Below, one piece after another: positions 25,326-32,736 of a DNA stretch of 36,833 bases. The position numbers and the translations under genes were made by a program. The DNA comes from a virus. Its lineage: Duplodnaviria > Caudoviricetes. The DNA is taken from positions 1 through 36,833 of the IMG/VR virus record IMGVR_UViG_3300033067_001808. One strand, written 5' to 3'. Each line of letters starts with the position of its first letter. The stretch's first letter is position 1. The notes under the pieces are model-generated. The model saw only the letters and a list, made by a program, of their open reading frames with translations. It did no database searches and was not told the DNA's origin.

Positions 25326-25906
25326 CACTGCGCGGCCTCGGCGCCGTAGAGCACCCGGTCCACCTGCTCGATCAGCTCGGGCACGGTGCCGACGTTGTTG
25401 ATCACCACATCGCCGTCTTCGACCGGCAGCCCCCGCTCCGAGACGTGAGCCGCCTCGCTCCCGTAGGCCGCCAGCGGCTGGGGGCGCCTGATGTGCCACA
25501 GCACGCCGCCCTGCGCGCGCAGCCAGGCCGCCTCGTTGGCGAAGCGGATGTCGCTCACCACCACCTGCGACGTGCCGCCTTCCGGGTCCTGCGACGTCAG
25601 CGCGCGATGTACGGCGATCTCGTTGGCCGCCACGCGCAGCCAGATGTCCTCGCCGCACACCGCCCGGCCCCACTCGGTGCCCAGCGTCTGCATCAGCCGG
25701 CGCGGGCTCGCCCCGATCCACGGGATCACCGCTTCCTTGCGTGCGCGGTCGAGCAGCTCGTCCTCCGTCAGCCCGAATAGGATCATCAGCGCCGCGCGCA
25801 GCGGCTCGGCCAGCGCCACCTCATAGAAGCCGTGGGCGCGCACCAGGTGCGTGGCCACCGTGCTCTTGCCCGCGCCGGCGCGCCCCGTCAGCCCGATCAG
25901 CCTCAT
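25325..25906 (-). CDS. Deoxynucleoside monophosphate kinase
   Basis: LIGLTGRAGAGKST, SPRRLMQTLGTEWGR, VVSDIRFANE and HVSE; GGAGG RBS. Confidence 0.9.
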   Translation of the reverse strand: MRLIGLTGRAGAGKSTVATHLVRAHGFYEVALAEPLRAALMILFGLTEDELLDRARKEAVIPWIGASPRRLMQTLGTEWGRAVCGEDIWLRVAANEIAVHRALTSQDPEGGTSQVVVSDIRFANEAAWLRAQGGVLWHIRRPQPLAAYGSEAAHVSERGLPVEDGDVVINNVGTVPELIEQVDRVLYGAEAAQ

Positions 25907-25984
25907 GCCTGCCTCCCGAAAGCGATCTCGAACAGCCAATACTTATCCAGTTTGCGTAAGTCGATCAGTTCGCGTTAAGCTCCA

Positions 25985-26079
25985 TGCCAATCAGCGCATC
26001 CAGCGCGATCGGAGCGCACTTCGCATTGTTCGTTTTGTTGGCGTTCAGTCGCGGGCGCTCGCTCACTTTTGCGTTAGGC
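25985..26079 (+). mobile_element. attC-like site 1 (degenerate)
   Basis: R'' TGCCAAT, 5 nt, CATCCAGC ... GCTCACT, TTTGC, R' GTTAGGC; internal imperfect palindrome. Confidence 0.6.
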
Positions 26080-26553
26080 GCTACGTGCCCGCTCGCGGGC
26101 TTCGGCATTCGCCATGTCTGTGGCAATGTGACGGTCCACTGCGCTCGGGTCGTTGAACCTGGCCTGCGTCTGGTCGCTGCACAGGTAGTACACACACCGC
26201 TCAGGGCTGCTGTGGTCACGCAGCCATCGGTAGTTTCGCGCGTGCGTCGCGGCCACCCGCAAGTCTTGCGCTTCCTCGCCACGGCCTTCCATCGCAAGGT
26301 CGTGCGCCAGCTTCATCAGCCGCACATACCAGCGGTTCTCGTCGTTCCATGTGCTCACTTCCAGCCTCCTATCCCGCGCAGCATGTTCCACAACATCCAA
26401 CTCAGCACGCCAAGCGCCATCACCATCGGCACCGCCGCTATCGCCAGTAACCAGTGCAGCAGGTTCCATTCGCAGTCCATACGTCACCTCATCACTTTGC
26501 ACGTGGGAGGCGTGCGCCCATGTCTCTAGCCTTGCTCGTGCCGTGAATCGCAT
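26074..26553 (-). CDS. Hypothetical protein (159 aa), cassette gene
   Basis: GGAGGT RBS, start MRFTARARLE; the stop TAA is the TTA of the GTTAGGC core site. Confidence 0.7.
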   Translation of the reverse strand: MRFTARARLETWAHASHVQSDEVTYGLRMEPAALVTGDSGGADGDGAWRAELDVVEHAARDRRLEVSTWNDENRWYVRLMKLAHDLAMEGRGEEAQDLRVAATHARNYRWLRDHSSPERCVYYLCSDQTQARFNDPSAVDRHIATDMANAEARERARSA

Positions 26554-26616
26554 CTCAACCTCCGCGCCTAATCCGGCAGTCCAGCGGACGCCATGCCGGC
26601 GCCGCTGACTTCTGCG
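26074..26616. mobile_element. Integron-type gene cassette
   Basis: Begins TTAGGCGC (26074-26081), the exact reverse complement of GCGCCTAA (26564-26571) in its own attC; carries a single ORF. Confidence 0.75.
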
Positions 26617-26622
26617 TTCGGC
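26566..26622 (+). mobile_element. attC-like site 2 (57 bp)
   Basis: GCCTAAT-CCGGC-AGTC(C)AGCGG(A)CGCC-ATGCC-GGCGCCGCTGACT-TCTGC-GTTCGGC: perfect stem with two unpaired bases, which are G and T on the bottom strand. Confidence 0.85.
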
Positions 26623-26849
26623 GTCTCTCGCAATGGCGACCCGCAAAGCCCCTCGCGCTGCAAGTAGCCCATCGCCCTCGTCGGCAGTTCGTGCTCTGGT
26701 GCGGCTTTCCGCAGAGCCCGGGCGAGTTTCGCAACGAGCATCGCCAGATCGCCGACGTTTCGCTGTAGGTCTTCGGCCTCTTCTTTGCACAGCCAGCCGT
26801 CAGGCAATTCCGGCGGGTCTTCCGGGTCTCCCCATGCTTCCCAACTCAT
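26568..26849 (-). CDS. Hypothetical protein reading through attC site 2
   Basis: MSWEAWGDPE...DLAMLVAKLARALRK...LCGSPLRETPNAEVSG; start could be 26861. Confidence 0.6.
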   Translation of the reverse strand: MSWEAWGDPEDPPELPDGWLCKEEAEDLQRNVGDLAMLVAKLARALRKAAPEHELPTRAMGYLQREGLCGSPLRETPNAEVSGAGMASAGLPD

Positions 26850-26865
26850 CGCGCGTTCCATGTAC

Positions 26866-27141
26866 TCATGCCGCCTCCGATCCCCGCAACGCCAGCAGCG
26901 CCGCCTGCACGCAGCGCGCCGGGTGCTCGCAGTCGTCCAGCGCGTGGTGCTTGGTGCCGGCGCGCTTGAGCGTGGCGCCTGGGGCCAGCTTGCACACGGT
27001 GCGCGCGCAGCGCTCGTTCCAGTAGTGCCACGGGGCATTGCCCAGGTCGGCGGCTTCGAAGGCCTCGCGCAGGATCGCGTCCTCGCGCGTGGTCCAGTAG
27101 CTGCGCGCCGGGCGATCGAGGAGCGGCGTGGGGGCGTTCAC
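26866..27141 (-). pseudogene. Chimeric/truncated 3'-5' exonuclease (Rv2179c-like C-terminal half)
   Basis: AILREAF...PWHYWNERCART...HHALDD matches the C-terminus of phage DEDDh exonucleases; the N-terminal DxE motif is absent. Confidence 0.55.
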
Positions 27142-27671
27142 GGCCGCCAGACTCCCTGCGTGGCCTGCAGAAAATCGCCCAGTGCCAGCGTCTGCTCGGC
27201 GCTCAGTTCCAGCGCGCCTTCGCACGTGGCGATCACCAGCGTGCCGCGATGGTCCAGGCTGATGTCGATCGCCTCGCCCGGCGGCAGCGTGCGCGCCATC
27301 GCCTCACTCAAGTCGAACGCTGCGCCGGAGGGGTGGCCCTCCGGTGCGTGCTTCGCAGCGGCGCGCGCCCCGGCGGAGGACTGTGCAGCGTCGAGTTCCG
27401 GTCGCGCGCGGCCGGTGTTGTTGGCCGCCACCTCCGGCTGGGCGGGCGCTATTTCAGCGCGGGGAACATCGGTCAGGCCGGGGGCGTCCGCGCACACGTA
27501 GCGGTACGGCCGCGCCTCGCCGCGCAGCACCTTGCCCGCGCGGTACAAGCCGTGAATCAGCCGCGCGGCATGATCGCCGTCCTGGATGTCGTCGATCGCC
27601 TTGGCGATTTCGGCGGCGGTGCTCTCCGGGTTCTCGCGCAGGAAGGCGAGGATGCGCTGCGACAGGCTCAC
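27138..27671 (-). CDS. Winged-helix DNA-binding protein
   Basis: LSQRILAFLRENPESTAAEIAKAI...LYRAGKVLR...YRY. Confidence 0.65.
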   Translation of the reverse strand: MSLSQRILAFLRENPESTAAEIAKAIDDIQDGDHAARLIHGLYRAGKVLRGEARPYRYVCADAPGLTDVPRAEIAPAQPEVAANNTGRARPELDAAQSSAGARAAAKHAPEGHPSGAAFDLSEAMARTLPPGEAIDISLDHRGTLVIATCEGALELSAEQTLALGDFLQATQGVWRP

Positions 27672-27826
27672 GCCCGGCCCTCCTCGATCATCCGGCGCAC
27701 GATCTCGCGGTCCTCCGCGTCCGAGCATCGGCCGGACTGGAGCACCTCCGCCAGCAGCACCACCCCGGCCAGCCCGCCGGCCAGGAAGGCCACTAGCACG
27801 ATCAGGATCAACGCGGTCTCGCTCAC
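27668..27826 (-). CDS. Small membrane protein
   Basis: ALILIVLVAFLAGGLAGVVLLA; GTGA overlaps on both sides. Confidence 0.55.
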   Translation of the reverse strand: MSETALILIVLVAFLAGGLAGVVLLAEVLQSGRCSDAEDREIVRRMIEEGRA

Positions 27827-28062
27827 AGCCAGCGCTCCCACGGCAGGGCCGAGAGCGTCGCCACGGCCAGCACTGCCGCATCGGCCTTGCGCTGCACCTG
27901 GCGGGCCGGGTGCGCCAGCCATTTCTCGCCGAGCAGCCGCACGGCGGCGAGCCAGCGGCGCATCAGCGCCTTGCGCTGGGCTTCGTCCGCCAGCGCATGC
28001 CGCGGCCAGATCCGCACCGCGCGCCGGTTCAGCGCGTAGCGGGTGAGCGATACGTTTGTCAT
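27823..28062 (-). CDS. Hypothetical protein
   Basis: 79 aa, coupled by 4-nt overlaps. Confidence 0.6.
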   Translation of the reverse strand: MTNVSLTRYALNRRAVRIWPRHALADEAQRKALMRRWLAAVRLLGEKWLAHPARQVQRKADAAVLAVATLSALPWERWL

Positions 28063-28271
28063 GATGCCCCCACGTCGAGCCGGATCGGCACGATTGCCTC
28101 CGGCGGTCTCTGATTCCAGGCGGTGATGGCCTCGTACTGGTCCTGCCCGGTGTGATGCGGCCCGACCGTGCGGCAGCCGTTGCAGCAGATCGCCCAGGTC
28201 CGCGTGTCGATCTCCTCGATGGCGAGATCGGCGCCGCAGCAGTACGGGCAGCGCAGCACGGGCGTCTTCAT
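28059..28271 (-). CDS. Lar-family restriction alleviation protein
   Basis: LRCPYC...ICCNGCRTVGP...EAITAWNQR. Confidence 0.75.
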   Translation of the reverse strand: MKTPVLRCPYCCGADLAIEEIDTRTWAICCNGCRTVGPHHTGQDQYEAITAWNQRPPEAIVPIRLDVGAS

Positions 28272-28453
28272 GCCTCGCCCCGCGTGCCCAGGCATTCCAG
28301 GCACACCCGGCGGCGCGCCTTGCCCTGGCCGATCCAGCGGTACGGGTGGCGCAGGCTCAGGCTGCGACCGCAGCGCCGGCACAGCCAGGTGTCGGTGATC
28401 GTGCGCCGCGGCGGGCCCGAGGGCGGGCGGCGCATGTCCTGCAGGCGGATCAC
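28268..28453 (-). CDS. Small zinc-finger protein
   Basis: CRRC...CLEC. Confidence 0.55.
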   Translation of the reverse strand: MIRLQDMRRPPSGPPRRTITDTWLCRRCGRSLSLRHPYRWIGQGKARRRVCLECLGTRGEA

Positions 28454-28683
28454 GCCGCGAATCCCAGGGTGCGCAGCGCAGGCCGCTCGGTCCAGGCGCG
28501 CATCGACCAACCGTCTCGATCGTCGCCGCTGACCGGCTGATTGCGCAGGCAGGCGCAGTGCGGGCTTTGCCGCCAGCGCTCGCTGCTCGTCTCCCAGTAG
28601 CCGGCGAGATGCGTCGTCCAGCGCTCGGAGTCCTGCTCCACCGCCGTGCGCACGGCCGCGCGGATGCCGAGATCGGCGCTCAT
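28450..28683 (-). CDS. Hypothetical protein
   Basis: 77 aa, ATGA and GTGA coupled. Confidence 0.5.
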   Translation of the reverse strand: MSADLGIRAAVRTAVEQDSERWTTHLAGYWETSSERWRQSPHCACLRNQPVSGDDRDGWSMRAWTERPALRTLGFAA

Positions 28684-28985
28684 GCCGCGCACGCCTTCGG
28701 CGCCGCCGGCCAGGCCCTCGGCGGGCGCACCTTGCCGGGCGGGTAATCTGCGGCGCGCAGGGCCAGCGCCTGCTCGGCGCGGCGCACGCGGCTCGCCAGC
28801 CGCATGAACACCGCGCTGTTGGCCCGCGCCGAGCGGCCCGCCAGCTCATCGTCGCCGGCCAGCCGCTCGGCTTCCAGCGCGGTGGTGGTGGCCTCGTTCA
28901 ACGCGCACAGCAGCCCCACGAGCTCGCCGCGGCTGAGCTTCAATTCGGTGGTGGTGGTGCTGCGGGTGGTGTCGGTCGTGTCCAT
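28680..28985 (-). CDS. Hypothetical protein, first gene after PL
   Basis: GGGAGG RBS; 101 aa. Confidence 0.65.
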   Translation of the reverse strand: MDTTDTTRSTTTTELKLSRGELVGLLCALNEATTTALEAERLAGDDELAGRSARANSAVFMRLASRVRRAEQALALRAADYPPGKVRPPRAWPAAPKACAA

Positions 28986-29027
28986 TGCATCCTCCCTGTT
29001 GAGACTGTTACGGCAAAGGATGACTAA

Positions 29028-29069
29028 ACATTACCGCATCCGGTAAAAAAAAGCAACCGGATACGGTAA
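29028..29069 (-). promoter_or_regulatory. PL promoter with two operators
   Basis: Minus strand TTGCTT-17-TAATGT; operators TTACCGCATCCGGTAA (29031-29046) and CAACCGGATACGGTAA (29054-29069). Confidence 0.8.
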
Positions 29070-29155
29070 TATCGTGGCGTGCCGCGTTTGATGCGGCGCA
29101 ACGGAGGCGGCGCCGCGAGGTGCTACCGTCTGAAAATCACTAGATGGAGGTCGAA

Positions 29156-29365
29156 ATGTTGCAGGCGATCGGGCTGCTGATGTGCGCGTACCTATGCTTC
29201 AAAGGCATCGAAATTTGGATGATCGGAACCACTGCACCCAAAGAGCTGGGGCGCGGCGCCGCCTGGGCGGGGGCGCTGGTGTTCGTGGCGGCCGTATTTG
29301 TGGCCGTGGTGTTCGCCTGGCTGTTCATCGCTATGGGCGCGAGCAGCGGCATCCCCGGCCTCTGA
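29156..29365 (+). CDS. Small two-TM membrane protein in the immunity region
   Basis: GGAGGT RBS before ATG 29156; two hydrophobic helices; convergent with cI. Confidence 0.7.
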   Translation: MLQAIGLLMCAYLCFKGIEIWMIGTTAPKELGRGAAWAGALVFVAAVFVAVVFAWLFIAMGASSGIPGL

Positions 29366-29369
29366 GCGG

Positions 29370-29693
29370 CTACGGGTCGTACTTGGCGATTTCCTGTGCC
29401 GCGTGCGCCAGGCGCTTGTAGAGGTCGCGCTCTGCGGGCGTGAGCGATAGCGGCGGGTTGTTCGGGTCGAGGTCTGGCATGAGGAGGTGCCAGGCTTCGA
29501 GCCCATAGGCTTCGGCGATCTGCTGCACCTTGTCGATGCCGACCGAGGTGCGGCGATTCTTGATGCGCGTCACCGTGCCATTGCCGACGCCCGAATCTTC
29601 GATGAATCGCTTCTGGTTGATCTTGCCGTAGCGAGCGCGCATCAACGCCTGCACGTTCTCCCAAACTATCTCTTTCACGTCGCGCCGGACCAT
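29370..29693 (-). CDS. cI: CI-like repressor (HTH-XRE, no peptidase domain)
   Basis: INQKRFIEDSGVGNGTVTRIKN...IDKVQQIAEAYGLEAWHLL; divergent from a cro-like gene. Confidence 0.8.
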   Translation of the reverse strand: MVRRDVKEIVWENVQALMRARYGKINQKRFIEDSGVGNGTVTRIKNRRTSVGIDKVQQIAEAYGLEAWHLLMPDLDPNNPPLSLTPAERDLYKRLAHAAQEIAKYDP

Positions 29694-29758
29694 CGAAAGA
29701 CGGTAGCGCGAATCGCTTACCGGGTGCGGTTGCAAAAACTTACCGGATGCGGTAATGT
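29691..29758 (+). promoter_or_regulatory. OR operators with PR and putative PRM
   Basis: TTACCGGGTGCGGTTG (29717-29732), TTACCGGATGCGGTAA (29740-29755), half site CGGTAG (29701-29706); PR is TTGCAA-17-TAATGT (29730-29758). Confidence 0.8.
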
Positions 29759-29766
29759 CTGCGTCC

Positions 29767-29985
29767 ATGACTCTGCTCGAATCCATCGAAAGGCTTCGCC
29801 GGTGCTCGCGCTCTGATATTCGCGTGATCTCTGAAAAGACCGGCCTGCCTTTCCACACGCTATGCAAGATCGCTACGGGCGAGACGAAAGACCCGCGTGT
29901 ATCGACGATTCAGGCCCTGACCGAATACTACGAGGCGGCGGACGTCACTATCCACGCCGCCCACGACGAACAGGAGGCCGCGTGA
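29767..29985 (+). CDS. cro: Cro-like HTH protein
   Basis: ISEKTGLPFHTLCKIATGETKDPRVSTIQAL. Confidence 0.8.
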   Translation: MTLLESIERLRRCSRSDIRVISEKTGLPFHTLCKIATGETKDPRVSTIQALTEYYEAADVTIHAAHDEQEAA

Positions 29986-30040
29986 TGCGTGGCCTTGTAT
30001 CGAATTCCTCCTCCATCGTCGCCCCCGACGTGGAAGCTTG

Positions 30041-30075
30041 CCCCGCCTGGCCTGTGCCGGCGGGGATTTTTCTTT
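30041..30075 (+). terminator. Putative intrinsic terminator (tR1-like)
   Basis: CCCCGCC(T)GGC-ctgt-GCCGGCGGGG followed by ATTTTTCTTT. Confidence 0.6.
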
Positions 30076-30085
30076 GAGCGCTTCG

Positions 30086-30322
30086 ATGTTGGACGACGCC
30101 GAGACGGCCGCGGGCGACCTGCGCGATTTCAGGCTGAAGATCACCGAGGAGACCGGCGACGTGCTCGACGCGCTCGCGCACGTGACCGGCGACGATCGCG
30201 CCGCCATCGCGCGCGCCGCACTGCACGAGTGGGCGCTGGGGCAGATCCATCGCTCAACGGTAATCCTGCGCGTGCGCCGCCGCGAGGGAGGCGGCACGGC
30301 AGGCGGGGGCGCGAAAGCATGA
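30086..30322 (+). CDS. Ribbon-helix-helix protein in CII position
   Basis: DFRLKITEETGDVLDALAHVTGDDRAAIARAALHEWA. Confidence 0.6.
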   Translation: MLDDAETAAGDLRDFRLKITEETGDVLDALAHVTGDDRAAIARAALHEWALGQIHRSTVILRVRRREGGGTAGGGAKA

Positions 30323-31101
30323 AGGCCACCTCCAGCTTCCAAGGGCAAAGCGAAGCGACCCAGTGGAAAGTGCGCGGAATCGTTGCGGCTGCGGTAAGCA
30401 TCGGCGCTCGCATGCATGCCGCGAAGTTCGGCCGACGCTTCCCGTTCTGGCTGTTCGATCTGTACTGCGGAAGCGGTTACAACGACAAGGCCAATTGTCT
30501 CGGTTCGCCGATAGCGATGTACGAGGAGGCGTGCCGCCAGGGAGTGAGTCCCCTGCTACACGCGGTGGATATCGACGGGCAAAGCCTGTCAGTCTTGTCC
30601 GCCCGGCCCCAACTGCGCGGCAGGATTGGCAAGGATGTGTGGCTGCACCACGGGAGCAACGATGGATTCTGGGCGCTAGCGCGCGAGCTGGTGCGCCTGC
30701 GCGAGCGGCCGCAGTACGCTCATGGCGTGGTGTTGTTCGACCCGAACAACTCGGTCGTTGATCCGGCGCTACTGCGTGGCTTTGCGCAGGCACTGCCAGG
30801 CATCGACATCGTCATCAACTACAGCGGCAGCAGTATCAAGCGAGTAACCGGGACCGGCGTTACGCGCGACGATCTGGATACGCTGCTCGATGCTGCCGGC
30901 AAGCAGCATTGGCTGATTCGCAGGCCCATCGGAGCGCAACAGTGGTCACTGTTGATCGGCCGCAATGTGCGCACCGGCGACTTCCGCGCCATCGGGTTCG
31001 AGCACCTTGACAGCGTGGCGGGGCGCGATCTGCGCCAGACGCTGCTTATGACGAAAACGGAAATCCGCAATGCTTCGGGTCAAACACATCTTGGCTTCTA
31101 G
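30319..31101 (+). CDS. tcmP: Three-Cys-motif partner protein (TcmP / GMT-like methyltransferase fold)
   Basis: ATQWK..., LFDLYCGSG, GSP, VLFDPN and DIVINY; neighbour of a DUF5131 gene. Confidence 0.7.
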   Translation: MKATSSFQGQSEATQWKVRGIVAAAVSIGARMHAAKFGRRFPFWLFDLYCGSGYNDKANCLGSPIAMYEEACRQGVSPLLHAVDIDGQSLSVLSARPQLRGRIGKDVWLHHGSNDGFWALARELVRLRERPQYAHGVVLFDPNNSVVDPALLRGFAQALPGIDIVINYSGSSIKRVTGTGVTRDDLDTLLDAAGKQHWLIRRPIGAQQWSLLIGRNVRTGDFRAIGFEHLDSVAGRDLRQTLLMTKTEIRNASGQTHLGF

Positions 31102-31330
31102 CGATTACGCAAGCTATCGCGCTTACCTCGCGCATCCGGTATTCCGGGCCTGCGTAGCGGCCAGGCGAGCGTTGGTTGGCGAGGCGTGCGAAGAGTGCGG
31201 CGAGGCGCCGGCTAGCGAGCCACATCACATCGACTACCCTGCCTGGGGCGCCTTCGACACGCCGGCGAATATCCGGCTGCTGTGCCACGCCTGCCACAGC
31301 AAACACCACGTGCAAAGGCTGCTCGATTGA
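31070..31330 (+). CDS. HNH endonuclease-like protein
   Basis: CEECG...PHHIDY...NIRLLCHACHSKHH. Confidence 0.8.
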   Translation: MLRVKHILASSDYASYRAYLAHPVFRACVAARRALVGEACEECGEAPASEPHHIDYPAWGAFDTPANIRLLCHACHSKHHVQRLLD

Positions 31331-32736
31331 ACGCCGCCCACGACCTGCTGTCGCTGGATTCGCTGGCGCTCGATCCGGCGCTGCAGCCGCGCCAGGCGCT
31401 TGACCAGAACACCGTCGCCGAGTACGCGGCGGCGATGCAGGCCGGCGACGTTTTCCCGCCGCTGCATGTGTTCGATACCGGCGAGAACCTGTTACTGGCC
31501 GACGGGTTTCATCGCGTCGCTGCGGCCCGCCAGGTCGGCTACGGCGCGCTGCGCGCCACCGTGCGCACCGGCACCTGGGATGACGCCTTCGCCTACACGC
31601 TGTCGGCCAACCGCACGCACGGCCTGCGCCGCACCCGCGCCGACCTGCAGGCCACCATCGAGCGCGCCCTGCGCAACCCGGTATGGGTGGAGCGTGCCGA
31701 CTCGTGGATCGCCGCGGAGATCGGGTGCCATGACCAAACGGTGCGCGTAAGTCGGGAGCGAATGGAATCAACTTCTCAAATTGAGAAGTTGGACTCCCTT
31801 CTCGGCAAGGATGGCAAGCACCGGCCGCGGGAGAATAAGCGCGCGACCGAAGCGTTCGTCGTCGCAGACTCCTACGGCCTGGAGTCCTGGGCAGCGCTGG
31901 ACGCCAAGCAGCGCGGCATCGTGTTCAAGGCCAAGCCCGAGGGCCAGATGAACCGCCAGGAGTCCGATAACGAGGATTCCGTCGGCAACATCGAATGGGC
32001 CAAGTGGTCGTGGAACCCGGTCACCGGCTGCAAGCACGACTGCCCGTACTGCTATGCGCGAGACATCGCGGAGCGCTTCTACCCACAGAAGTTCGCGCCG
32101 ACCCTGCACCCGAAGCGGCTACGCCAGCCCGTCATCGCGCATCCGCCGGCCGCCGCAGAGCAAGACTTGAGTCTGCGCAACATTTTCACTTGCAGCATGG
32201 CCGACCTGTTCGGCCGCTGGGTGCCACGCGAATGGATCGATGCCGTGTTACAGACGGTGGCCGATGCGCCGCAGTGGAATTTCCTGTTCCTGACCAAGTT
32301 CCCGCGGCGCATGTCGGAGTTCGATTTCCCAGATAACGCCTGGGTCGGCACCTCGGTCGATTGTCAGGCCCGGGTACGCAATGCCGAGGCTGCTTTCGCC
32401 AAGGTCCGCGCCAAAGTCAAATGGCTTTCGTGCGAACCGCTGATCGAGCCGCTGCGCTTCGAGCACATGGATTTGTTTCAGTGGCTTGTTATCGGTGGCG
32501 CATCGCGCAGCACGCAGACGCCGGAATGGCGGCCGCCGCGTGCGTGGGTGGATGCGCTGGAGGACCAGGCTGCTGCGGCTGGAACGATGATCTACGAGAA
32601 AACCAACCTGCTGCGGCGCTGGCGCTCCTGGCCCGGACATCCGGACGAACCGAAAACCATAGCGCCCGAGGCGATGCACTACCTGGGCAAGCGTCAGACG
32701 GTGGACCAGGTGATCGAGGAGCCGGCCGGATCGTGA
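31327..32736 (+). CDS. ParB-like N-terminal domain fused to DUF5131 (Gp37Gp68, radical-SAM-like) domain
   Basis: LLADGFHRVAA...ANRTHGL; WSWNPVTGCKHDCPYCYA, IFTCSMADLF, FLFLTKFP, WLSCEPL and WLVIGG; TTG start overlapping the HNH stop. Confidence 0.85.
   Translation: MNAAHDLLSLDSLALDPALQPRQALDQNTVAEYAAAMQAGDVFPPLHVFDTGENLLLADGFHRVAAARQVGYGALRATVRTGTWDDAFAYTLSANRTHGLRRTRADLQATIERALRNPVWVERADSWIAAEIGCHDQTVRVSRERMESTSQIEKLDSLLGKDGKHRPRENKRATEAFVVADSYGLESWAALDAKQRGIVFKAKPEGQMNRQESDNEDSVGNIEWAKWSWNPVTGCKHDCPYCYARDIAERFYPQKFAPTLHPKRLRQPVIAHPPAAAEQDLSLRNIFTCSMADLFGRWVPREWIDAVLQTVADAPQWNFLFLTKFPRRMSEFDFPDNAWVGTSVDCQARVRNAEAAFAKVRAKVKWLSCEPLIEPLRFEHMDLFQWLVIGGASRSTQTPEWRPPRAWVDALEDQAAAAGTMIYEKTNLLRRWRSWPGHPDEPKTIAPEAMHYLGKRQTVDQVIEEPAGS

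Noticed and set aside
25984-26529. 181-aa plus-strand ORF as the conventional-orientation cassette gene
   Set aside because: It starts inside attC 1, has no RBS and has an unnatural composition; the minus-strand ORF has a strong RBS and fits the cassette ends exactly
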